From positions 10,300,646 through 10,335,450 of the forward strand of contig NC_068982.1 in the NCBI RefSeq assembly GCF_001194135.2: DNA of 34,805 nt, read 5' to 3'. The DNA comes from Octopus bimaculoides (lineage: Eukaryota). Position numbers and translations under genes: made by a program. The number at the start of each line of letters is the position of its first letter. Within the stretch, counting starts at the first letter, position 1. Shown one piece after another: positions 21,018 to 30,571 of the stretch. The notes under the pieces were generated by a model. It did not search any database. It saw only the letters and a program-made list of their open reading frames with translations, and was not told the origin of the DNA.

Positions 21018-21213
21018 CCTGTTTCTGTTGTACCTGTAATTCAAAGGGCCAGCCTTGTCACACTCTGTGTCACACTGAATCTCCCCGAGAACTACGTTAA
21101 GGGTACACGTGTCTGTGGAGTGCTCAACCACTTGCATGTTAATTTCACGAGTAGGATGTTCCGTTGATCAGATCGACTTGAACCCTCGTCGTCGTAACTG
21201 ACGGAGAGCCACG
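21018..21213 (+). mobile_element. SINE family A, 3' half (5'-truncated)
   Basis: CCTGTTTCTGTTGTACCTG...GAGAACTACGTTAAGGGTACACG...CGTCGTCGTAACTGACGGAGAGCC. Confidence 0.9.
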
Positions 21214-21225
21214 ACATATATATAC

Positions 21226-21259
<34 letters not shown>

Positions 21260-21362
21260 ATTAGTGCTTAGACACAAATAATTATACGTGTGTATACATA
21301 TATATATATATATATATAAGTATATATTTACATATGTGTATATATATATATATATATATCCA

Positions 21363-21597
21363 TTTTTCTTTACTTGTTTCAGTCATTTAACTGCGGCCAT
21401 GTTGGAGCACTACCTTTAGTCGAACAAATCGACCCCAGAACATATTCTTTGTAAATCTAGTACTTATTCTATCGGTCAATTTTGCCGAAATGCTAGGTTG
21501 TGAGAATGTAAACACACCAACATCAGTTGTCAAGCGGTGGCGTGGGGGAGAGCAAACACAGACACACAAACACAACACATATATATATCATATGCAT

Positions 21598-21658
<61 letters not shown>

Positions 21659-21817
21659 ACGGGCTTATTTCAATTTCCGTGAATCAAATCCAGTAACAAC
21701 GCTTTGGTCGGCCTGAGGCTATAGTAGAAGGCACTTGCCCAAGGTTCCACGCAGTGGGACTGAACCCAGAACCATGTGGTTTGGAAGCAAGCTTTTTACC
21801 ACACAGCCACTCCTGCG
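21363..21817 (-). mobile_element. SINE family C, full length with internal (TA)n/(CA)n
   Basis: Colinear with 33800-34237. Confidence 0.9.
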
Positions 21818-22666
21818 TATATTACATATATTATACACACACACACATATAGTTACATAATTTCCGATAACAGATGAAGCATTAAATTGCTATAGATATA
21901 GATATGATTTAGCTGTGAATAATCGGCTTCCTTTCTCATACCATCAACAATGACTTCTGGACTGCAGGTATTTTAATTAGGAAATGAATATTGATTAGAA
22001 TAAAAATGCGACAAGGCATATTAGAAGCACTTTCAAATTAACAGTGTGGCAATATGAAGTCAAGACATCAGAATAAAAAGTGACGCCATTTCACACAATC
22101 TCATTAATATTCACCAGAATACACGTTAATTTTATAACCTTTGACCTTCTCCATACTTACTCCAACATAACCCAAGTCTTGTTCCATACGACAAAATATG
22201 TCACTACGAAGTAGCAATTATATTAATGGAATCAGGCAGCAAGATGAAGTTGGCTGAATTCCACAGAAGATAATTCAATTCGTCTATTATTTCCTTTATC
22301 GTCGAAAGAATCACATACACACGTATATATATATCTGTCATACTGTAAACCATCGTCGAACCGCGTCTTATATAACACTGTAGCCCGTGGCTTATGTATC
22401 AAGTCAGCCCCGTTTATTTTCTTTGATGAAAGGTTAAGGAAGTTGGCTGGTGTACTTATGGATTTTTGTTCTCTGAGTACATTTCGGTTCATTCTTGGTT
22501 ATGTTATTTCCATGTAGACGTTTTCAATACATTGAAAAGAAAAAAGAAAGAAATCACGTATTTACATATATCTTCATAACTAAATCATCTCAATACCTTA
22601 ATCTTTTACTTTCTTATTCTAAAGTCATCAATTCACTCAATGATTTCTGTAATAAATACTGAGGCC

Positions 22667-22751
22667 AAGACAGCGAGCTGGCAGAAACGTTAGCACGTCG
22701 GGCGAAATGCTTAGCGGTATTTCGTCTGCCGCTACCTTCTGAATTCAAATT
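22667..22751 (+). mobile_element. SINE family B tRNA-like head, abutting a LINE fragment
   Basis: AAGACAGCGAGCTGGCAGAAACGTTAGCACGTCGGGCGAAATGC...TGAATTCAAAT. Confidence 0.85.
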
Positions 22752-23370
22752 ATAATGCCGACATATTGTCCAGTGTAAATACTGGCCGACTCTGTCATGT
22801 CTTGCTTTATATTCTACAGGTTCTAAAACTCTACACCCTGAGATTAGGTGGTCTATAGTTTCAATTTCATCGTTACAGAATCGGCATTTTGGGTCAGCTC
22901 CATTTTTTATCACATTGGCTTGATAGTTCCGGGTTAATAAGCTTTGGTCTTGAGCAGCTAATATGAAACATCTACTCTCTGCTTTTAGCCCTGAGCTTCG
23001 CAACCACTGATGCGTGTGCTTCTGGTCGACATCAGCTTGTTTGCTACGAGCCACATACTTGCCTTGCAGAGGTTTCTGTTCCCATCTGCTAGCTAATTTT
23101 TCATGTGCTTTTGTCTCTGCAATTAATTTTATTTTCTTTGCAGCAGCAGTTGGCGCATTTTCTTCAACCTGATCAGTCTGGTAGTTTCAAGGTAATTTCG
23201 TCGGTTGTTTCAAGGTATTTGGCCAGTCCGATTGTAGTGACATTATACGTAAGTTCAAGCTGGATCAAGCCTCGACCTCCCTGAGCTCTGGGGAGGTAAA
23301 GGCAATCCACGTCTGCCTTTGGATGGTATATCTTATTATAAGTCAGTAGCTTGCGGATTTTTCTATCAAT
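22751..23370 (-). mobile_element. R4/Dong-clade (RLE) non-LTR retrotransposon fragment: post-RT region and CCHC knuckle
   Basis: IDRKIRKLLTYNKIYHPKADVDCLYLPRAQGGRGL...WEQKPLQGKY...WLRSSGLKAES..FILAAQDQSL...CRFCNDEIETIDHLISGC...RHDRVGQYLHW. Confidence 0.9.
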
Positions 23371-23390
23371 TTATTATTATTATTATTATT

Positions 23391-23724
23391 GTTCAGTAGT
23401 TTTATTTTTATAACGTGCTTTCACTTCACTACCGAGCGCAGCTCTGTGCGCCTTGGGTATGTGCTGTGGATTGCTGTGGTGCTCTTATGTTTACTGTATT
23501 GACAGTGTTTTGCGTAGAAAGTGTGCAGTACCCAGTAGTGCAATTTTCTGTATGTTATATATATTTGTAAGTCCTGGTGTTTTTGTTATGTATTTGTCTG
23601 AATATTTTTTTATTATACCTAAGGCACCTACTATGATAGGAATTGTTTCTGTCTTTAGATTCCACATTCGAGTTATCTCTATTTCCAGGTCTTTGTATTT
23701 TGAAAGTTTTTCCATTTCTTTTAG

Positions 23725-23726
<2 letters not shown>
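23391..23726 (-). mobile_element. R4/Dong LINE 3' end (RLE C-terminus and 3' UTR) followed by a (TAA)n tail at 23371-23390
   Basis: EKLSKYKDLEIEITRMWNLKTETIPIIVGALG...IQKIALLGTAHFLRKTLSIQ*. Confidence 0.9.
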
Positions 23727-23765
<39 letters not shown>

Positions 23766-23886
23766 TNNNNNNNNNNNNNNNNNNNNNNNNNNNNNNNNNN
23801 NNNNNNNNNNNNNNNNNNNNNNNNNNNNNNNNNNNNNNNNNNNNNNNNNNNNNNNNNNNNNNNNNNNNNNNNNNNNNNNNNNNNNN
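23727..23886. repeat. (TTA)n microsatellite and N gap (23767-23886)
   Basis: Direct reading. Confidence 0.95.
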
Positions 23887-24335
23887 GTCATGGATTCGGT
23901 TTTGTACGTAGTGTTCTTCTAGAGAATGTTTAAAAAATGTAAGAAAATTATGAGTTTGTTTTAAAATTTGAGATTACATAGACAATATTTTACGTAGGAT
24001 ATGGGCAGTTCCCATGAGCACTATCTTTTGAATTTCTGCCATTTTGGGGTTTCGTGGTATCTGAGCTATGTAGCAATCATCCCCTTTTGCTATCATTCCT
24101 AGAGCACCTGCGACAACAGGTATTGTTTTAGTCTTCACTTTCCACATTTTGCTAATTTCTATTCCAGGATCTCAATACTTGCTCAGTTTTTGGTAGGTCT
24201 TGACAGATACGTTTATATTGATTGGGACAGTCATATCAATGAGGAGGCATGATTTTTGTCTGAAATCTTTCAATATAATGTCTGGGGTATTTGCACCTAT
24301 CGTTCTGTCAGTTTGAATGGTGGGAGTTGAACACA
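23887..24335 (-). mobile_element. R4/Dong LINE 3' end, second subfamily, with RLE PD-(D/E)xK region
   Basis: IQTDRTIGANTPDIILKDFRQKSCLLIDMTVP...KLSKY...MWKVKTKTIPVVAGALG...IQKIVLMGTAHILRKILSM* (stop at 23974). Confidence 0.9.
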
Positions 24336-25785
24336 GAAAGTAAAATTTGAACAAATACCGCAAGGCATCCGGTCTTGTATTATTACAGTTTCACCAATCT
24401 ACTGCTTTGAGTTGGTACTTTTATGTCAGCCCCGAAATGACAAAAACCAATATCGCATGATCTACGTACAGATACCTGCTGCGAAAGCACTGCTATAACG
24501 TGGCTATAACCTTCAATAGCGAACAAAAGAAGATTCTAATTAAAGACTCGTTTAAAGAAGAAAGTCTTCAACTCATTAAGGCTGCAGGGCATCGCTACTA
24601 TCCTTTCAATTCGAAGTTCTTACCGATGAAGGGAAATTAAAGATATGGAGAATAGCTATCCGGAAGATGCGGACAACAGCCATAAATACAAAATGAAAGC
24701 AAGTATCTAAATGTCCCTTTCGCTCCTGAAGCTGCGCATTAACTACCAGGATATATTGCCACCAAAGGATCTAGTAATAAAGATTTTAATCTTTGAAATC
24801 TAGAGACAACCAAAAGAAACCCTTGTAAATTTAGGGCTGATATCTTTATGGTCAGTATCTCTATAATTATGAGATATTGTCAACGATATTTTAGCAGTCC
24901 TATTATGTGTAAGCTCTTTTAATCGTAAATAACTTTTTGATTCTTATACACTTCGCAGGCAATGTTGTAGATATTACATAAAATGCCCGAGCAAAAACAT
25001 GCTGGTTAAGAACATAATTATGAATAGGACAGATAATTATGAAATATATCGTAAAGTTCAGAATAGTACTACATCTACACTAATTCTCATTAAGACACGA
25101 ACATAGTTACATGTAGTAACGCTTTCACATCTTAATTAGAAATATTTCTAACACGATGTACATAATCATTAACATTCATCAATAATTTAAACAAAGAGCA
25201 TATGATATTATTGGCACCATAATATAATATTGTGTCAATATCTCTTAATGTCAATTAAAGTAAACCGACAACGATACCAGTAATAAACAGCTGCGCTGAC
25301 AAATTTCTCACATTTGACAGACGCTTTCACACAATTCTAAATAGTAATTTGTATCGACAAACGACCCCATTCAATGGTCTTTTGCTGTTTAAAGCAAACT
25401 CCTCAATATGTTTTCATGGCTAGTATACAGTTTTTAGTGTTTGGTACATAATACAAGATTTGCCAACCAATTAGATGCTCCGTATCGAAACTGTATACTT
25501 CACGGTATAGACGCAGCGGAAGGGAACCAGGTTATGCAGTCAGTGTAAGAATGGAGTTGAATTCGACAATAACAATGGGATTTGATTCTTATAGATATTT
25601 TATAACAATTTTCTAATCAAAAATCTAGTAGCAAAATTCTGGTTAAAAATTCGTGTTACGGAAATTTGATCCTACATATAAATGCTATTTCGAGTTGATG
25701 ACTGGATATATTTGGTATAATACAAAGTCTTCCTATCAACATTATTTACATTGCACGGATATGTGTCAACGTCTTGTTTGTTGTT

Positions 25786-25832
25786 GCCACAACGTTTCGG
25801 TTGATTTACTCTCCAGCATTTATCAGGTGTCC
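25786..25832 (-). ncRNA. Decayed minimal type-I hammerhead ribozyme (G8A core variant)
   Basis: GGACAC CTGATAA A TGCTG-GAGAGTAAAT-CAACC GAAA C GTT GTG. Confidence 0.6.
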
Positions 25833-25870
25833 TGGTGGAATACCTCAGGGCTGGATTCAAAATTCTACCA

Positions 25871-25915
25871 GGACACCAGATGAAAGCTGGACAGTAAATG
25901 AGCCGAAACGTTGTG
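25871..25915 (+). ncRNA. Decayed minimal type-I hammerhead ribozyme (U4A core variant)
   Basis: GGACAC CAGATGA A AGCTG-GACAGTAAAT-GAGCC GAAA C GTT GTG. Confidence 0.6.
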
Positions 25916-26466
25916 CTAACAACAAACACGATGAGGACACATATATCCGCTTAATGAAAATAATGATGTAAATAATGTACAGAATTCTTCGTCTCTGAAA
26001 TATAGAATAGTCTTCCTATTGAGTTTTGCTAATTTATTCAGCTTCTTTATAGTAGTGTTATAACTACAAATTGATGCTGAAGTAGCGAATATTATTTTTT
26101 TGTAATACTTTAGTATGTATATATGAATTTAATTCTGCTTTTAAATAACAGTCCAATGCACCTATAACTTACTTACTTAAATTTTTATGTATCTATATGT
26201 GTGGTTTTCAGTGTAATTCATAAGTTCTGAAATATTCTTAAGTCTGCTATCGATCATATTTTCTTTATCTCTTTTTCTTTTTCTCGTTGTAATCTCAGGA
26301 TATTTGTGTGTGTTTTTATCATTAATTTTCGCTTTTCCAAGAGTATCATGGTGCGTGTTTGTTAGGCCAACGTCTTAGCAATTCTTTTCGGAAATAATAA
26401 GTGCACGCTCTGTAAGAAAGTCTCCTGTTGTTTATTATCTCGTCTGCAATGTACAACTGGAGGCCG

Positions 26467-26682
26467 TATGTATGTATGTATGTATGTATGTGTGTATGTA
26501 TGTATGTATGTATGTATGTATGTATGTATGTGTGTATGTATGTATGTATGCATACATGTATGTATGAATACATGTATGTATGCATACATGTATGTATGTG
26601 TGTGTGTATGTATGTATGTATTATGTATGTATGTATTTATGCATACATGTATGTATGCATGTGTGTATGTATGTATGTATGT
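26467..26682. repeat. (ATGT)n degenerate tetranucleotide microsatellite
   Basis: Direct reading. Confidence 0.95.
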
Positions 26683-27101
26683 AGAATGAAGGACAGCAGG
26701 ATTCCTAAGCAGATGCTATATGGAGAACTTGTAAATGGAAGGAGAATGCGATTTAAGGACTGTGTCAAGTCCTCATTAAAGGCGTGTGATATGCAGGACA
26801 CTGACTGGGAGTACAATGCCTGTCATTGCCATAGATGGAGGAAGCTGGTTAAGGAGGGAATCGACACTTTTGAGAGAGCACGTATCCATGAAGAACTTAA
26901 GCGAGCTGTGCGAAAGCGCACGGCTCGTATAGTGAATGTGGGAAGCTTGGTCTGCAGCGTTTGTCGTCGTGTATGCTTGTCAAGATCAGGGCTCATTAGC
27001 CACCAACGGTGCAGCAAATGCAAAATATCAGTTAGTCCTAGAGCGCACAATGTTCCTGAAGGTCAGCAATGGTCTTCCTCGGTCACGAGCTGACGGCCAT
27101 C
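26683..27101 (+). mobile_element. RTE-clade LINE 3' end with one terminal C2H2-type finger and an (ATGT)n tail
   Basis: RMKDSRIPKQMLYGEL...RFKDCVKSSLKAC...W...RWRKLVKEG...CSVCRRVCLSRSGLISHQR. Confidence 0.9.
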
Positions 27102-27150
27102 ATGTAAGTATGTATGTATGTATGTATGTATGTATGCATGTATGTATGTA

Positions 27151-27538
27151 ACGATCGAGAAGGTGAATGACAATGACCTTTTTGTGTGCATTGTCTGTTA
27201 CAGACCATGCCTGTCTTTGCCTGGCCTCGAATCTCATCTGCGAACACATGGAAAACGAACCTCCACCAACTATTCTGCCTATATGTCTGTGCACACCTTT
27301 GAATGCAGTGTATGCTAGAACATTTGCAAATCCAATGGAGGCCTCAAAAGACATGTTAAGATCCACAAAGAGCAGAACTTACCTGCAGGTATTAGTGGTC
27401 CAAATTAGTGGTGCAATCTATGTGAGTGTCTTTTGAGAACATTGTCTGGTTGAAAAAGCCACATCAGACGCCATGATGGCGCTAAGGTGTAGGTACGGAA
27501 GGTGGTCAAGCTCTGTATAGGGAGTAGACAACCACCAC
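27151..27538 (+). mobile_element. Probable RTE-type LINE 3' end encoding three tandem C2H2 fingers (pseudogenised), with an (ATGT)n tail
   Basis: One frame: CIVCYRPCLSLPGLESHLRTH ... CSVC*NICKSNGGLKRHVKIH ... *WCNLCECLLRTLSG*KSHIRRH ... stop at 27490; short 3' UTR then (ATGT)n. Confidence 0.65.
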
Positions 27539-27725
27539 GTATGTATGTATGTATGTATGTATGTATGTATCGATGTAGATAGGCAGGTAGATAGGTAGGT
27601 AGGTAGGTAAGTAAGTAGGTAAGTAGGTCGGTAAGTCAGAAGGTAGGTAGGTAGGTAGGTAGGTAGGTAGGTAGGTAGGTAGGTAGGTAGGTAGGTAGGT
27701 AGGCAGGCAGACAGACAGGCAGGCA
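27539..27725. repeat. (ATGT)n then (AGGT)n compound microsatellite
   Basis: Direct reading. Confidence 0.95.
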
Positions 27726-27875
27726 AGTGTATGTGTTTATCCATGTATACAAAAATTATTCTTTCAGCTATAGGCACAATGCCTGTTCTTTTTGCTGTCT
27801 CTGCCCTTACTGCTCTGTCTTCCCAAATTATTTAAATAAGATTTCAGTAGGACTTTAGTATATTAGTTAACGAAT

Positions 27876-28260
27876 GTGGAGATGCAATGGCCCAGTGTTT
27901 AGGGCAACGGACTCGCGGTCGCAGGATGGTGGTTTCGATTCCCAGACCGGGCGTTGTCCGTGTTTATTGAGCGAAAACACCTAAAGCTCCACGAGGCTCC
28001 GGCAGGGGGTGGTGGCAAACCCTGCTGTACTATTTTTCACCACAGCTTTTCTCTCACTCTTTCCTCCTGTTTCTGTTGTATCTGCATTTCAAAGGGTCAA
28101 ACTTATCACGCTCTGTGCCACGCTGAGTCTCCTCGATGACTACGTTAAGGGTACACGTGTTTGTGGAGTGTTCAGCCACTTGCATTGAATTTCACGAGCA
28201 GGCTATTCCGTCGATCGGATCAACTGCAACCCTTGTCGTCGTAACCGACGGTGTGCCACG
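27876..28260 (+). mobile_element. SINE family A, full length
   Basis: Head GTGGAGATGCAATGGCCCAGTG, B-box GGTTTCGATTCCC, same 3' end as the other A copies. Confidence 0.9.
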
Positions 28261-29819
28261 ATTTAAAGAATACGCCACACAGCAGAAACAGAATGGAGAG
28301 GCAAGTCACATTAAAATATTCCTCTTCTAATAATGTAATTCATATTTTAGAGATTCGTATTTGGTTAATTTGCAAAATTATTTGCAAACATATCCAGGGT
28401 ATGCTTGATGTACGTATTCATTAATGCTGCTGTCTTACCCATGTCTAAAATTTACAGAAGCTTTGGGAACAAAACGCGCTCAAAAATCCTTCTTGCATAT
28501 ATTCTAAGCTAAGCTCCCTTTCACGTCTTTCATCCTTGTGCAATAGTCGATTATGGGTTTGGTGGTGAGTAAATTCATCTAACAACTCTGTGTGTCTTTC
28601 CAGCATTCCATCCCTACTTCAAGGATTGAATTGATGCGTTTTACAGATTCTAATTTTCCCTTTGCAATTATTTTACATGTTGTAGGGTGATCAGGTGATT
28701 GGTGGTTTGAGTGGAATTTGTAGTACTACTCAAGCCACAAGCTTTTTCTCATTCTAGCTGTTATCAAAGTTTGCCTTTCGGTGAGTCTTTTTGTTTTCTA
28801 GCTGATTTAATATTTTCCCCGTAACCTTATGCTTACCTGTTACATCTGTAATGATAAACACGAAATTCTGTTTGTCCGGGATTCATGTATCTCAGTCGAC
28901 ATTTGCTCTACATAGACATATTATACCTTTTTCGAAATCAGGATGATCCTGGGATCGAAAATCTACCCTTCATTTGGTTCTTGAACATCCAGCATTAGAA
29001 TATGATTTTAAAGCATTTGCGTTACTATTTCTAGCAGGTAAAGAGTGGCTGATTCACGCCATTTCGGTTGACGTTTGTCTGTCACATGACGTCAGAGATC
29101 AAAGGGGAGATAAATGACATTGTCTTTGTTAATCTTACGTTGAGATAAGAAATTTGGGACAAATTGGCCAACACCTGGCGTTCAACTTGGGACTGGAACA
29201 CTACAATGATTGTATTACAGAATCAATCGTCATCTGTCCTTAACCTCTGATCAAACACCACTGGGGCATATACTCATTAGACACGTATTGTAGTCATGTA
29301 ATTTATCTTCTTTTAGTTCTGGACCGAAGCCCCAATTAGCCCTCGGCATGAGCCAACTTAAAAGTTCGCAAGGAGTGCGGCTTTTAAGCAAGTACTTCAA
29401 TAAATTTGGCATTTTATCATTTCTTCATGCTTCCCACTTTTTCATCGTTTTGTAACTTCTGCGCGTTTTCCTGGTAATTTCTCTGAGCCTACAGGAGCCA
29501 TACTAGCTTCAAATGTTCCATTTCCTTACGATTCTTTCATTATCCATTGCCTTCCCCCGCAAATATTTCTAATTCTGTGGATGTTGGGTTTGCATTGATT
29601 TCAGGGTTTAGAACATGGTTTTTGATGGAAATCACTTTGTTCATTCAAAATCTTTCTCAATTTTACGAATAGAAATTCTGTGATTTAGCGAGGATCTGTT
29701 GTTTCCCACATTCTCAGTTTTCAATGATTTCCTTTATTTTTGTTATAATCGCTGCAGTATTTGTCACTCTACCTTTCTCGTTCCTTTGTACATTTTTGAT
29801 ATCGATGTTTAAGGAGTGA

Positions 29820-30420
29820 TGGAATTTTAAAACTTTATTTCATATATATTTCCGCAATATTGATTTATTTTATATTTATTTTTCTTAATATTTTCTTTAT
29901 TTTATATTTATTTTTCTCAATATTTGCTTAGGTATTTATATTCCTATATAAATAGTTTTCATGGAACACACTTCTCTTTGTAACTACTATGGCTGCTGCA
30001 TATATAATTTACTTTTTCCTAGTAATGTTCACTATTAAATCTTTCTCATATTGCTTTTTTTACTTATATTTTAGCTTGTGTACTTCTGTTTCGTTACTTG
30101 CTATTCTACAGAACACCTACAGAATACTGAATAACAAGTGCCGACACAAAACTACACATTTTTAAAAAGCTTTTTACTTTGTTTTGTACATGTAAAGTCT
30201 ATCTTTGATGTTTACATTCTCAATGCTTTTAACTAGACTGTTTTAAATATCTTTATTCGCTTTTTTGCTGCTTAACTTTTTGTTCGTTGTTTATATATTT
30301 ACAATGTTCTTTTTCTTTTAAATGTTCTTTACCTATGTTTGATAACGTTCTCTTTTCAAGAATATTCTGTCTTGAATTAGCTGATCTATTTCGAGCCATA
30401 TAAATGTCAGAAGAAGGTTT
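29820..30420. repeat. T-rich low-complexity tract with a short direct duplication (TTATTTTATATTTATTTTTCT)
   Basis: Direct reading. Confidence 0.7.
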
Positions 30421-30571
30421 GTTTTATGCTAGGTATTTCATATGTATGGTATGGTACTTTTATATTGGTGCTAGAGCGTAGCTACAAACTATGCATGTAA
30501 AGCAGAAGGTGGATATATCTCTCGTGAAGGCGAGTGGTTAAAGTGTCGCACTCACGATTTAGTGATTCGGG

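Larger units (their letters stand above)
25737..26008. mobile_element. Palindromic Penelope-derived non-autonomous element with an 11-bp TSD (AGTCTTCCTAT)
   Basis: Inverted arms about 25741-25841 and 25862-25978; identical 11-mers at 25726-25736 and 26009-26019; a hammerhead-like cassette in each arm. Confidence 0.75.

Noticed and set aside
26428-27093. 221-aa ORF as a host gene
   Set aside because: The N-terminal 85 aa are (ATGT)n; the remainder is the RTE C-terminus.
28330-29040. Compact plus-strand multi-exon gene suggested by several AG/GT signals
   Set aside because: Phases of the candidate exons (28351-28398, 28458-28564) are incompatible and no product is recognisable.
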